Shown here: in pieces, positions 22,400 through 34,107 of the stretch | How positions within the stretch are numbered: the stretch's first letter is position 1 | Layout of the letters: each line of letters begins with the position of its first letter | Source: Nitrospirota bacterium | GTDB lineage: Bacteria; Nitrospirota; JACRHJ01 | Assembly (NCBI GenBank): GCA_963845245.1 | Contig: CAWJRJ010000016.1 | Coordinates: forward strand, 160,001 to 224,000 | Direction of reading: 5' to 3' | Length of the DNA: 64,000 nt | Notes under the pieces: generated by a model | Seen by the model: only the letters and a program-made list of their open reading frames with translations | Database searches by the model: none | What the model was told of the DNA's origin: nothing | Program-made: the position numbers and the translations under genes

Positions 22400-25170
22400 C
22401 TACTCGTTGCTGAGATACTCCAACGTGATGGTCACCGTGCGGTTGAACGACCGGGCTTCCGGTGACATGTTGTCGTACAGCGGGGTGTTGGGGCCGACAC
22501 CCGAGCTGGTGGATACGGTCGCCGGGGTCTTCCTCATAGGCAGCTTTCAGCAGGTCGTAGACTGCCTGCGCACGACGTTCCGAGAGCTTGAGGTTGTAAG
22601 TCCTCCTTGCCGATGTTGTCGGTGTGGCCAACAATCTCCATCTTGGCCTCGGGGAGTGTCTTGGCACGGGCAACGATCGTGTTGACGATATCCTGGTTGC
22701 GCGCATCGATCGTGTTCTTGTCGAAATCGAAAAGGATCAGGGCATATTTTTCCTGCACCTTCAGGCCCTCCTTCAGCGCCAGCCTCTGGCTCTTCTGGAT
22801 GAAGTTGACCTTGACAGGTACAGGAGAGAGCTGCATGTCATGCCCCTTGGTGTCCTTCAGCTCCATCTTCACCGCGATGTCGCCACCGGTGGCCAGCGTC
22901 CCGAGGTCAACCTTATCGAGCGGGATTTTGATCTCCTTCGCGGGCGCCCCATCGCCGGACAGGTCGGCCAGGCTTCCCGGGGTATTTGATGCGGTGAGCT
23001 TCCAGCTCGCGATGCCGTGCGGCGAAACCACGTCCGGTTGAACCGTCAGCGCAGGTGAATCGATCCGGTTGGAGAAGTAGGTGCTCTGTATCGGGGCAAG
23101 TATCGCCGGTTCGGTCGAGTGGATCTCCACCCTGCCGGTTTTCTGCCTGCCCTTCCTTCAGCTTGGTTGCGCTCGGCATCGCAGGCAGGTTGCGCACCTC
23201 TATCGTAATGCGCTCCGGCGCTATGCCCCAGGCCATCAACAGATAATCCCTCACTGCATCGGCGCGCTTTTCGGATAGCTTTTTATTCCCCTTCTCCTCG
23301 GCTGTGTTGTCGTTGCACCCGACCAGCGTGACCGTGGCCCCGGGGTTGTCGGTCAGGCGTTTGCCTACGATATTCAGCACCTGGTAGTACTTCTCCAAGC
23401 GCATCGCGGAACTTATGCTCGTCGAAACCTTCCGTTTCCTTGGGCCCGGTGAAACGGATATAACGGGCGGGGATCTCGCTTGACCCCTTGTCGAAATAGA
23501 CATGGTTCAGCATCGGTGATGCGTCTATGGTCTTCATCTCTTCGATTGTCAGGGTGGCCGGGACTACAGCCAGGCTGGCCGTGGTCTTTGTGACCTCCAC
23601 CTTGACCGGCGCGGCGTCCATCGCCAGGCTCTGCCCTTTCTTGTCTTCCATCTGCATCGCTAACTTTAAGGTCGCCGCCTGCGGCAAGCGCCTGCAGGTC
23701 CGTGGTCGGCAGCTGTACTTTCAGTTCCGGCGCGGGAGCGCCTTCCCCTGCAAGTTCGGCCACGCTTCCCTTTGCGTTAGCTGACGGTGACCTTCCACTT
23801 TGCGATCCCGTATACGGAATCCACCACCGGCTTCAGCGTCAGCTCAGACACGTCTATTTTCGTCTCGGGCGCGGTATCGGCCACCTTTATCTCGTCGAAC
23901 TTAATGGTGGACGGGGCGACGGTCAGGCTGGCGCTGGTCTTTGTAACCTCGACCTTGACCGGCGCGGCGTCCAGCGCCAGGCTCTGGCCTTTCTTGTCTT
24001 CAAGCTGCATCTGCACTGCAAGGTCGCCGCCTGCGGCAAGCGCCTGCAGGTCCGTGGTCGGAAGCTGTACTGTCAGCTCCGGCGCGGGTGCGCCTTCCCC
24101 TGCAAGTTCGGCCACGCTTCCCTTTGCGTTGGTTACGGCGACCTTCCACTTTGCGATGCCGTAGACAGAATCCACCACCGGCTGCAGCGTCAGCGCGGAC
24201 GTATCGATTTTGGTGACGGGCGCGCCGTCGGCTATGCGGTATCTCGTCGAACTTCAGGGTGGACGGGGCGGCGGTCAGGTTCCCCGTCGGCGGGAACAGG
24301 TAGCTTACGACGTAATAATACTGCATCTTCGAGGCGACTTCCTGGAAGATGGGGACGAGGTTCGTCTCCGAGTGTGCCTTCCATATATGCCCGCGGGTCT
24401 GGCTGGTGAACCCGGACAGGAATTTGTTGGTATCATAGTCCGGCATGTAATCTATCGCGAATGCATTGAAGCCCTTGAGCCCCTGCGCCGCCTTTATGAC
24501 GTCCTCGCTTTTATAGAGGCTGTTCAGGTCTTCGCCGTCCGAGAAGACCACCATGAACCTGGGTTCCGTCTCCGGCGCTTCGCGGATGAATTCAAGCCCG
24601 GCCAGCATCGCATCAAAAAGCACGGTCTGGCCGGTAATGCGTTTGTTGCTGTAGGCGTCCGCCGCAAACTTCTTCAGCTCGTCCTGGTTGCTCGATTGGA
24701 ACGTCCGCACGTATACTTCTTTGTCGTAGCCGTTGATTTTTATTTTTTCAAAGTTCTCGAAGACGACTATCGTGACCTTGTCTATCGGGCGGACGATCTT
24801 CAGCAGCTCGCTTACACCGGCGAGCAGTGCATCGATGGCGTGGCGCTCCTTCATCGAGAACGAGTTGTCCAGCACCAGGACGATGTTGCGCGGCACGTCC
24901 AGGCTCTCGGCGAGCGGCTGCACCGAGATGATATTCGCCGTCCGTCCGGCTTGCGTGATGGAGAAGTCTTTGGCGCCCAGCCCGAATATCGGGCTGTTCC
25001 CCGGCATCGAAGACGCTTACCACCACCTTGCCTTCGTTGATGACCCGGTCGACGTTCACCTTTGCGGCGGGTTTGGTGGCCTGTATCTGCAACTCCGGGT
25101 TGTCGGCGGCGAAGGCCGTACTGCTCGTCATCAGGGCAAACAGCATTACTAAAATGCGTCTAATCAACAT
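22400..25170 (-). CDS. Large secreted vWA + internal repeats + two OmpA-like domains protein, several frameshifts
   Basis: Joined fragments: signal peptide, vWA MIDAS (VLVLDNSFSM, FSDGED), tandem repeat units, OmpA-like motifs (GCND..NKKLSEKRADAV..QAENR; GHTDNIG...LSERRAQAV..SFNRTV). Confidence 0.75.
23560..24270 (-). repeat. Near-identical intragenic tandem duplication, unit about 355 bp
   Basis: gcctgcggcaagcgcctgcaggtccgtggtcgg..gccttcccctgcaagttcggccacgcttccctttgcgtt occurs near 23677 and near 24030; boundaries are approximate. Confidence 0.8.
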
Positions 25171-25372
25171 GGTCGGATTCTCCTGTTTGACAATTATCAC
25201 TGGCCACTTGGCATGGCCCCCGCTTTTGATTCTTGCAATATTATCATAAAAAACCATTCAATATCGATAAAATTTATGTGTATTTACAAAATCAGGATAG
25301 ACCGCCAAGCCGGTATATGTGGTGTTCCTTAAGCATGATGTCGAGAGGATATCAGGGCCGCATTTCTTTGAT

Positions 25373-26163
25373 TCAGCGGTCGGCGGGCTTCGCCTGTTCC
25401 GGTCGCGCGTACTTCATTATCTCATCGGCAATCAATGCCGCCGTTTTTTTGATGTCTCTTTGAGGCGCATTTTTCGCAAGTACGAACTTTGCTGCCGCGA
25501 CGTAGGGGTTCATTGTCACTATGGCGCCGGGTATCATGTTCGGGTCTTTTGCGGTTCCAATTACCAGGAAGGGCGCGCGGGGTTCGGAGCTTGCGAGGTT
25601 GCTTATTCCGATTTGAAGGTCCATATTGGAAGAGCCCCTCCCGAACCCGATAACAGCCCGCCTGATCCGGTTGCCTTCATCCACTTCGGTGAAGATGCCC
25701 TGCACGAGCCAGCCGTCCCGGGGTAGGTCGCCCGATGCATCGTAGAGCCGCCGCGCGTTCATGCCCCTCTCGCCAAGGTTTTGCACAAGCGAATCTGCCA
25801 TGTCCTCGACAATGTGGTGCGCTTTCTCCGTGGATTCACCCCTGGCTAAAGGATGGGGCAGTCTTTTTCCGAGTCTGCCCGGCAGGGGTCCACTGACGCC
25901 TTCGTCGTCACTGTGTTCTTTGGCATCGAGCGTAAAATCCGAGATGTAAATAGATGTTGGGGCGCTGAGCAGGCAAGGGCTTGCTGACTTCACTCCCGGT
26001 CACACTTACGCCGCCTCAGGACAGGCCCGGCGTGCGAGTCACTGCTGGAGCAGCACATAATGCAGAGCAGAAAGATGGAGTAGCGACCTGGCCCAGTGGG
26101 CTAGTGTATTTCGTGGGCTTCGTCTGGTCGAGCCGCACGTTGTTTTTTTTCTTTATAGGACAT
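25373..26163 (-). CDS. DUF4410-like protein; 5' part frameshifted, start uncertain
   Basis: IYISDFTLD...GWLVQGIFTEVDEGNRIRRAVIGFGRG motif in ORF 25373..25993; the upstream signal-like region lies in other frames. Confidence 0.6.
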
Positions 26164-26388
26164 CAGGAAAGCCCTCACCGATTGTATAAGTTTCTTGTAA
26201 GAATTATAGCATTCCTCAACCATCACCGCAAACGGGCGCTCTTGGGCGGCAACGGGATAACGGTATTGTGCCTTTGCGGCCCGATATAAGAAAAAGCCCG
26301 CATCGCAAGTTGCGGACTTCGATTGCTTTAGCGGTGTCGAGTTTTACTTGAGCGAAGCCGAAGAATCCGCCTTTGGCCTTACGCTTTT

Positions 26389-26640
26389 TTATGCTGCTAT
26401 CGGCATGTTCTCGCGTTTGTCCTCCGGCACCTCGTTCGGCGCCTCCTGCCTTTTGCCCAGCACCTCAATCGCCAACGGGATCGTGCTGAGAGCACCGATG
26501 GCAAACAGTGTCCAGCCGATCGCCTTTCTCTTGTCGTCGTTGAATTTGTCCGCCATCAACAGGCCGACTCCCGCGCCCAGCATTCCGCGTGTGCCGGCAA
26601 TCAGTCCTAGTTCCGGCAGGGTCAATTCCAGCTTTTTCAT
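26389..26640 (-). CDS. Small membrane hypothetical protein
   Basis: AGGAGG RBS; two hydrophobic segments (GMLGAGVGLLMA, IGWTLFAIGALSTIPLA). Confidence 0.75.
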   Translation of the reverse strand: MKKLELTLPELGLIAGTRGMLGAGVGLLMADKFNDDKRKAIGWTLFAIGALSTIPLAIEVLGKRQEAPNEVPEDKRENMPIAA

Positions 26641-26752
26641 AGCCCCTCCTTAATCGCCAAAACTAAAGGGAAAAAGAACCATAGCCTATATTAAAATGGT
26701 AACACCGGGGGAGGGAATACACAAGGGAGGAGCACCGTGGTTATGCCTGAAT

Positions 26753-27265
26753 TTAGAGAAGTTCTCCAAACCACGGGAACGCTACCCACCCTAGCCAAGC
26801 AAACAACAGCCAGTGAAATGCGAAGTTTGAGTTATAGGTTGGCTGTTTAGCGTTTTTAAAGTTTATTACCATGAGAGTGACCCAAGTAATGATATTAAAG
26901 AGGTACATTGCAACAGTGTGCAATTTGCCTTGATAAGCCACCCCGTAAGACCAACTAGATCCGAGATAATACAATGATAGTAAAATCAAAGCAATTGATG
27001 CAATTTTTGTTCGTATTGGTATTTGCTGCTGTCCCTTCAAAAGAGGTAGGCTCCACAACATAAAAACTAATGGAACGCAAAACGAGCCCAGAACAAATGC
27101 TATCCAGTAGCCGCCAAAGACTGCACCAAGTGATAAAATTGGAATGGCTACGGTAAGAGAATATGGTGAGTATATTTTAGTAACGGATGCGCAAAATGTT
27201 GAATAGGAAATTCCCCATAAAATAATAACACCTACAACAAAGTTCAATTTCAGTTTATGGTTCAT
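26753..27265 (-). CDS. Multi-pass membrane hypothetical protein, AT-rich
   Basis: 170-aa ORF with about 5-6 hydrophobic segments. Confidence 0.65.
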   Translation of the reverse strand: MNHKLKLNFVVGVIILWGISYSTFCASVTKIYSPYSLTVAIPILSLGAVFGGYWIAFVLGSFCVPLVFMLWSLPLLKGQQQIPIRTKIASIALILLSLYYLGSSWSYGVAYQGKLHTVAMYLFNIITWVTLMVINFKNAKQPTYNSNFAFHWLLFAWLGWVAFPWFGELL

Positions 27266-27319
27266 TTTTCTTCTCTCGCATAATATAGTTATACAGTTGC
27301 CTCAATATATAAAAACAAA

Positions 27320-27985
27320 TTAGCGAAATTGTATATTGCTCTGCTCCACCTTTGGTTTGCACTGCCCCCCGCACGAGCACTTCCCCCCTTTTGCCTTCTC
27401 GAACGCCTCGCGGCCTTCGCGGACAGAGAGCCAGGCGATTACAAGGGAACCGACCGAGTCGATATACCCGATGCCTGTAAGCTCGTAGCCGATACTCGCA
27501 ATAAGCAGGACGGCGGACAGCCGGAGGCAGGTGCGGGTGCAGGCGGCGTCCGCGAGGATGGCGTCCGAGCCGAGCGCCTTCCCGGCCACTACCTTGTAAT
27601 GTATCAGCAGCCACATCGAGGCTATCGAGATCGCCCCGATTACTATGCCCCAGAAGGTCGTCTCCGGCTTGTGGCCGGAATATATGTCTATGATTGAGGT
27701 GATGGCAAGCCCGGCCGCGAGGACGTAAAAGGCCCCGCCCGTTACCTTTAGCGCCTCCCGCTCGAAGGCGTCGTGCTCGGATTCCTCGGTCAGCCTCTGC
27801 CGCCGCACCATGTGCCAGATGCCGATGCCCGAGATGACCTCCACGAACGAGTCCAGCCCGAACCCGAACAGCGACAGCGTGCCGTCCTCATACCCGAACC
27901 AGACCGAGACCAGGCCTTCAACGATATTATAGAATATGGTGATGAGCGCAAGGGCGCGCGCGAGTTTCAGGTATTTGTCCTTCAT
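27320..27985 (-). CDS. Cation efflux (CDF-like) transporter, transmembrane domain only
   Basis: YNIVEG..S...G...SLFGFGLDSFVE, AILADAACT..C, IDSVGSL; Cys-rich tail KCSCGGQC. Confidence 0.8.
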   Translation of the reverse strand: MKDKYLKLARALALITIFYNIVEGLVSVWFGYEDGTLSLFGFGLDSFVEVISGIGIWHMVRRQRLTEESEHDAFEREALKVTGGAFYVLAAGLAITSIIDIYSGHKPETTFWGIVIGAISIASMWLLIHYKVVAGKALGSDAILADAACTRTCLRLSAVLLIASIGYELTGIGYIDSVGSLVIAWLSVREGREAFEKAKGGKCSCGGQCKPKVEQSNIQFR

Positions 27986-28152
27986 TCTTAATAACCCCCA
28001 TGTGTCAGTTAAGGTCATTATACAGTATTGCTTATGAGAATCAACGGTTATCCCGTACGCTCAAACCACAAAACCCATAACTGTTCTTGATTTTTGCGCC
28101 TATAAATGGTACAAATAAGGAAAGAGTTTTACTGTTTTGGAGGTTTTTTGAA

Positions 28153-28674
28153 ATGGCAGTGCTGGAGATAAGGCAGTACCCGGACAAGGTGCTGCGCAGG
28201 AAAAGCAGACCCGTCGAGGCTATAACCCCCGAAATCCAGAAACTAATCGACGACATGGTTGAGACGATGTACGCCGCGCCCGGAGTCGGCCTTGCCGCGC
28301 CCCAGGTCGGTATCGGCCTGCGCCTTGCGGTCATAGACGTCACCTACAAGGACGAGGAGCCGCAGGTGTATGTCCTCATAAACCCCGAGTTCATCCTTCA
28401 GGAAGGCGAGCTTGAGGAGGACGAGGGCTGCCTGAGCGTGCAGGACTTCACCGAAAACGTGAAGAGGTTCGCAAGGGTGATCGTGCGCGCCACCGACAGA
28501 AACGGCGACGTGTATGAGTTGGAAGGCGAGGACCTCCTTGCCCGCGCGCTACAGCACGAGATAGACCACTTAAACGGCCTGCTCTTCATAGACCGCATAA
28601 GCCCGCTCAAGCGCGACCTGTTCAAGAGGAAGCTTAAAAAGGCTATAAAGAACGAGGAGGCGACAGCCTCTTGA
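28153..28674 (+). CDS. def: Peptide deformylase
   Basis: GVGLAAPQVG, EGCLS and QHEIDHLNG motifs. Confidence 0.97.
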   Translation: MAVLEIRQYPDKVLRRKSRPVEAITPEIQKLIDDMVETMYAAPGVGLAAPQVGIGLRLAVIDVTYKDEEPQVYVLINPEFILQEGELEEDEGCLSVQDFTENVKRFARVIVRATDRNGDVYELEGEDLLARALQHEIDHLNGLLFIDRISPLKRDLFKRKLKKAIKNEEATAS

Positions 28675-29603
28675 GGATAGTATTCATGGGGACGCCTGCA
28701 TTCGCCGTCCCGGTGCTTTCCGCGCTGCACGAGGCAGGGCACGAGATAGCACTTGTAATAAGCCAGCCCGACAGGCCCAAGGGCCGGGGCAGGAAACTTG
28801 AACCGACGCCGGTTAAACAAAAGGCCCTCGATTTGGGCCTTAATGTATTTCAGCCGGATAAAATAAGGAAGCCCGAGGCGATAGAGGCCGTAGCCGCAAT
28901 CAAGCCGGAGTTGGCGGTCGTGGCTGCGTTCGGCCAGATACTCCCGAAGGCCGTGCTCGATATTCCCACAAGAGGCTGCCTGAACACCCACGCCTCGCTT
29001 TTGCCCGCATACCGGGGCGCGGCCCCCATAAACTGGGCCATCATCAACGGCGAGGTGAAGACAGGCGTTACGATCATGCAGATGGACGTCGGGATGGACA
29101 CCGGCGACATGCTGCTGAAGGCGGAAGAGCCGATACGCCCTGACGACACAGCCGGTGCGCTTACCGAGAGGTTGTCAAGGATCGGCGCAGCCCTGATCGT
29201 AAAGGCGATCGAGGAACTCGAGGCCGGACGGTTGATGCCGGTCAAGCAGGACCCGGCCCTGGCCACATCCGCCCCGCTTCTTAAGAAGGAGATGGGGCTC
29301 GTGGACTGGAACAAGCCCGCACCGGATATAGAGCGGCTGATGCGCGGGCTGGACCCGTGGCCGGGTGCATATACCAGCAGGGGTACAGACGTCCTGAAGC
29401 TCTGGAAGGCCGGTGTTGCTGGCATGGACAGCGATGGCGATCCGGGCAGCGTGGTTGACGCCAACCGTGAAGGCATCTTCGTCAACACCGGTTGCGGCGT
29501 GCTCGTAATAAAGGAATTGCAGGGTACCGGCGGCAGGCGCATGACCGCATCGGAATACCTTGCCGGACACAAGATACTAAAGGGCGAAAGGCTCGGTCAA
29601 TAA
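28671..29603 (+). CDS. fmt: Methionyl-tRNA formyltransferase
   Basis: IVFMGTPAFA, QPDRPKGRG, HASLLPAYRGAAPINWA, MDTGD. Confidence 0.97.
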   Translation: MRIVFMGTPAFAVPVLSALHEAGHEIALVISQPDRPKGRGRKLEPTPVKQKALDLGLNVFQPDKIRKPEAIEAVAAIKPELAVVAAFGQILPKAVLDIPTRGCLNTHASLLPAYRGAAPINWAIINGEVKTGVTIMQMDVGMDTGDMLLKAEEPIRPDDTAGALTERLSRIGAALIVKAIEELEAGRLMPVKQDPALATSAPLLKKEMGLVDWNKPAPDIERLMRGLDPWPGAYTSRGTDVLKLWKAGVAGMDSDGDPGSVVDANREGIFVNTGCGVLVIKELQGTGGRRMTASEYLAGHKILKGERLGQ

Positions 29604-29604
29604 A

Positions 29605-30405
29605 TTGCAGGAACCAAAGAAAAGGGTATTCATTACCCTGCTGATAACCACGCTGGGGCTGCTCATCGGAGCCGGCTATATAATCTGGTGGATACCGCAG
29701 GTCGGCCTCAGGAACATACACCCGCTCCTGCCCGCCGCATTCATGATACTGGTCGGGGGTGTGCTGGGTTTCATCGCGTTCGGTGTGTTCCTGCTTATCC
29801 TCACACTGATACGCGGCAAGGAGATATTCCTCGCCACGAGGCTTAGGTGGGTGGTGGTGAAGGTCCTGTTCCCGCTTATGGTGCCGGTCGGGCGGCTGTT
29901 CGGGATCTCCCGCGACACGGTGCAGCAGTCCTTCATCGCCGTGAACAACCAGCTCGTGCGTTCAAACATCAGAAGCGTAAAGCCTGACCGCCTGCTCATC
30001 CTGCTGCCGCACTGCATCCAGATCAACGACTGCAACATAAAGATAACAGGCGACGTCCACCGCTGCAAGGGCTGCGGCAAGTGCGAGATAAAGGACCTCG
30101 TGGCGATATCGGACAGGTGCGGTGTGGACCTCTCCGTCGCCACCGGCGGCACACTTGCGCGCCGCATTATAAAGGAGAAGAGGCCCAAGGCCATCATAGC
30201 CGTCGCATGCGAACGCGACCTTACCAGCGGCATAGTGGACAGCTATCCACTGCCCGTCATCGGCATCCTCAACCAGAGGCCGTTCGGCCCGTGCATCAAC
30301 ACGAGGGTGGACATGAAGGACGTCCAGGAGGCGCTCGAGTATTTCACCGGCCTGAAGGCCGAGGTCGAGTGCAAGACCGCAGAACCCGCAACGTCTAATG
30401 TCTGA
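29605..30405 (+). CDS. DUF116 Cys-rich membrane protein
   Basis: LLPHCIQ...C..CGKC, ATGGTLAR, AVACERDL, GPCINT; lies between fmt and rsmB. Confidence 0.85.
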   Translation: MQEPKKRVFITLLITTLGLLIGAGYIIWWIPQVGLRNIHPLLPAAFMILVGGVLGFIAFGVFLLILTLIRGKEIFLATRLRWVVVKVLFPLMVPVGRLFGISRDTVQQSFIAVNNQLVRSNIRSVKPDRLLILLPHCIQINDCNIKITGDVHRCKGCGKCEIKDLVAISDRCGVDLSVATGGTLARRIIKEKRPKAIIAVACERDLTSGIVDSYPLPVIGILNQRPFGPCINTRVDMKDVQEALEYFTGLKAEVECKTAEPATSNV

Positions 30406-31754
30406 AGCTCCTGCCAGGGCCGCCGCCCTATGGGTGCTCCAGGAGTGGCAGAGGGGAAAACCCCAGGCCCGCCGCCCTGAAACACTAATCAGAAGAGCCT
30501 TCCAGAAGTTCAACCTCGACCCGCGTGATAAGTCCCTTGCCATGGAGCTTGCCTACGGCGTGATAAGGCACCTCCTGACCCTCGACCACATCATCTCGTT
30601 CTACGTCAGGGAAAACGGGCAGGGCGTCACCCCTACAATAAGGGACGTCCTAAGGCTTGCAGCATACCAGATAGGATACTTAGACAAGATACCCGAGCGG
30701 GCCGCCGTGAACGAGGCGGTTGAGGCCGCCAAGAAGTCTGGCGGACGCGCGGCTGCGGGGTTCGTGAATGCCGTCCTTCGCTCGCTTCTCCGGAACCCCG
30801 GCAAGGTGAGCTATCCCGACCCTAAGAAGCTCCCGTTCTCATGCCTCTCGCTTGAATACTCATACCCCGAGTGGCTTTCAAGGAAATGGCTCGGCCGGTT
30901 CGGTTTCGATGAAGCCGCGGCCTTGATGGCCGCCGGAAATGCCACCCCGCCCCTGACCCTCAGGGTAAATACCCTCAAGACCGACAGGGACTCCCTTGTG
31001 CGGCTGCTGGATGAGGCGGGTATCGGATGCTCGCCCACCATGTACGCGCCATATGGTATAGCTCTTGAAACAGGCAGCCCGATAACGGAGCTTCCCGGCT
31101 ACAAAGACGGGCTCTTTGCGGTTCAGGACGAGGCGGCCCAACTCATACCGCTGCTTCTCGCCCCCAAAGCAGGGGACAGGGTTCTTGACGCCTGTGCCGC
31201 GCCCGGCGGAAAGAGCGCGCATATTGCCGCACTCGCAGGGTGGGATGCACAGATAATAGCGATGGATATTGGCCTTGACAAAACAAAGGCCTTGACCGAG
31301 AATATCAGACGGCTGGGTGTGCGCAAGGTGGTGCCGCTTATAGCCGATGCGGCGGCCCCGCTGCCCTTCAAAGGCCTTTTCGATTCGATACTGCTGGATG
31401 CCCCATGCAGCGCCCTCGGTGTAATAAGACGAAGGCCTGAGATCAAATACGCCCGGCTTGAAAAAGATGTCAGAAGGCTTGCCGAGCTTCAGGCCCGGAT
31501 GCTTCGGAACCTCGCCCCGGCAGTAAAGCCGGGCGGGGTGCTGGTCTACTCCGTCTGCTCCACCGAACCTGAGGAGGGCGAACTTCAGGTGGAGGGATTC
31601 CTGAAGGAAGACGGCGGTTTTGCCTTGGAAGATGCGCGGGCGTTCCTCCCTCCGGAGCGCAGGTGAGCTGGTCACGGAAAAGGGCTATTTGAGGACCTGG
31701 CCGCACCGGCACGGTACGGACGGTTTCTTTGCGGCGAGGCTTAGGAAGAAATGA
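30398..31754 (+). CDS. rsmB: 16S rRNA m5C967 methyltransferase RsmB, frameshift near 31660
   Basis: NusB-like N-terminus, VQDEAAQ, DACAAPGGKS, DAPCS, YSVCS; the tail TWPHRHGTDGFFAARL is in a shifted frame. Confidence 0.93.
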
Positions 31755-32557
31755 GTTACACAAAAAAATTCCTCCAGATCGCGGCCCTCATGATGGGCAT
31801 ATTGGCCCTTGTCCTGATATCGGCCATTATAACGATGAAGGTCGTTACATGGGGCAGGACGGTGGACGTGCCGAACCTCTCAGGTCAGGAAGTGACCGCT
31901 GCCATCAGCGAACTAAAGAAGTCCGGGCTGGAGATAAAGATCGAGAGGCAGGAGCACCACCCGACCGTCCCCGAGGGACATATTATAAGCCAGCAGCCGC
32001 AGGCAGGCTCATCCGTGAAGAGGGGCCGGGACGTGCAGGTGGTCGTGTCCCTGGGCTCACAGGAAGTGGTAGTGCCGGAGATAACCGGACAGGTCTTCCG
32101 GAAGGTACAGGTCGATCTTAAACAGGTGGGCCTGGTGCTCGGCGATGTCGCAAGGGCAAATACCCCGCAGCCGCGGGAGCAGGTGGTGGTCCAGTACCCC
32201 GACGCCAGGACGATACTCCAGAAGGGTGCTACCGTAGACCTTCTCGTAAGCGACGGGCCGCAACAGGCTAAATATGTCACGCCGGACCTTACGGGTATGA
32301 CGGCTGCGCAGGCCGGACAGGCCGTAAAAGACTTCTTCGTCTCCATGACGCCGTCGGGCACAGGGAAACAGATAGTATCGCAGGACCCGAAGCCCGGCTA
32401 TCCGGTGCTTGCAGGTGCACAGATAACAGTTACCCTCGGGGTAAAGGCCGCACCCGCACCGGCATCGACACCGAAGGCGTCACCTGTCCCGGCTCCTAAA
32501 ACAAACACTAATCCGGCTCCGGCAAAACCGGCAGCACCGGCAAAAGAAAGGGCATAG
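31751..32557 (+). CDS. PASTA-domain membrane protein
   Basis: N-terminal TM segment followed by three PASTA-like repeats (VPNLSG, VPEITG, TPDLTG). Confidence 0.88.
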   Translation: MSYTKKFLQIAALMMGILALVLISAIITMKVVTWGRTVDVPNLSGQEVTAAISELKKSGLEIKIERQEHHPTVPEGHIISQQPQAGSSVKRGRDVQVVVSLGSQEVVVPEITGQVFRKVQVDLKQVGLVLGDVARANTPQPREQVVVQYPDARTILQKGATVDLLVSDGPQQAKYVTPDLTGMTAAQAGQAVKDFFVSMTPSGTGKQIVSQDPKPGYPVLAGAQITVTLGVKAAPAPASTPKASPVPAPKTNTNPAPAKPAAPAKERA

Positions 32558-32561
32558 TCAT

Positions 32562-33228
32562 ATGGTAAAGCTCGCTCCTTCAATACTTTCCGCGGATTTC
32601 TCAAGGCTCGGCGAAGAGGTCAAGGCAATCGAACAGGCCGGCGCCGACATAATCCATGTAGACGTGATGGACGGGCATTTCGTGCCCAATATAACCATCG
32701 GCCCGCTGGTGGTGAAGGCCGTGCGCAAGGCGACAAGCCTCCCGGTAGACGTCCACCTTATGATAATGGACCCGGACAAATATATTGCGGAGTTTGCAAA
32801 CGCGGGCGCGGATTACCTTACCGTCCATGCCGAGGTCCTGCCGCACCTTAACCGCACCCTGTGCCGAGATACGCAACCACGGGGTCAAGGCCGGGGTGGC
32901 GATAAACCCGTCCACGTCGCTTTCAGTGCTCGACTGGGTCTGGGAGTACATGGACATGCTGCTTATCATGAGCGTCAACCCCGGCTTCGGCGGGCAGTCC
33001 TTCATACCCAACTGCCTGGACAAGATATCGGGCGCGCGCATCGAGATCGACATGCGTGGTGTGGAAGTCCTGCTCGAGGTGGACGGCGGTGTAAAGGTGG
33101 ACAACGCCCGCGAGGTGGCAGAGGCGGGCGCGGACATACTCGTAGCCGGTTCCGCCGTATTCGGCACCGAAGACTACAAAAAGACGGTGAAGGCCTTCAA
33201 GAAGGCCTATAAAGATATAAGGGTTTGA
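32562..33228 (+). CDS. rpe: Ribulose-phosphate 3-epimerase, frameshift near 32863
   Basis: [43 protein letters not shown]. Confidence 0.96.
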
Positions 33229-33590
33229 TTTGTTGGTGGTGAGTCAGTTTTGGATTTAAATTCTTTCAGGAAGCGTTTGAGCGAAATGCTTCACTTGACG
33301 AGCATGATACAATGAGCTATTTAACGTCCAATCATGGGGTTAATCATTAACCTCTCTTTTTCGTGAATTCAAATTCTCGAACCCATATTAGTCAATCAGA
33401 TGGTTTAAGTCAGCTGATAGTCTAGCCGATATATATGCTATGCTTGAGTGCTTAAGGTCTGCACTAGTGCAATTTTATTGACTGAGAGTATCATAACATG
33501 CTATAAAACACATTCATCAACTAAGTTGAAAAAACATTGTTCTATATCTGCGACCTCTATTAGTATACAAAAAATAGGATTCATAGTACA

Positions 33591-34097
33591 ATGGTAACTA
33601 TAAGGGGTTCGCACGGAACAACAAGTCCAACCGTAAAGAGCATTGCAAAGTTTGGTTGGAAGTCGAAACCCGGAGGTCATCTAGGTCGGGGGATTTATTT
33701 CTGGGACAAGAGCGAACATTATATTGAATTGGCTGTTGCGTGGTGTACATACAGACATGCCAAAGATGGCAATACATCGTGTGCTGTAATAATAGCCGAT
33801 TTAAACGCTGAAGAGGAATCAATTCTAGATTGCGAGAAAGAAGAAATCGTAGAACGAATTATAGATATTGGACAAAGGTTTAATTACAACTTGGAAGATA
33901 ATAGGGACCTTGCAAGGCTGTACGATTTTTTTGTATTTTACTTAGAGAAAAAGGGAACAATTATTAAAATAATAAGAAAACGATTACCCCCGCCAGAAGG
34001 GTATAAGTACCCTTTAATGAAGATTAAAGGGCTGCCTCGTTGTTGTTCTGTGCGTGACGACAAGTGCATAAAAATAGTTGAAACGATTGAATGTTAG
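33591..34097 (+). CDS. Putative ADP-ribosyltransferase-fold toxin
   Basis: N-terminal HGT and LGRGIYFW motifs typical of H-Y-type (PARP-like) ART folds; first gene of an AT-rich triplet ending in a SecB-like gene. Confidence 0.65.
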   Translation: MVTIRGSHGTTSPTVKSIAKFGWKSKPGGHLGRGIYFWDKSEHYIELAVAWCTYRHAKDGNTSCAVIIADLNAEEESILDCEKEEIVERIIDIGQRFNYNLEDNRDLARLYDFFVFYLEKKGTIIKIIRKRLPPPEGYKYPLMKIKGLPRCCSVRDDKCIKIVETIEC

Positions 34098-34107
34098 GAG
34101 TGAGAAA

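Noticed and set aside
20068..26367. CRISPR array or integron attC array
   Set aside because: The repeats are few, kilobases apart and terminator/REP-like; no regular spacers, cas genes, intI or convincing attC cores.
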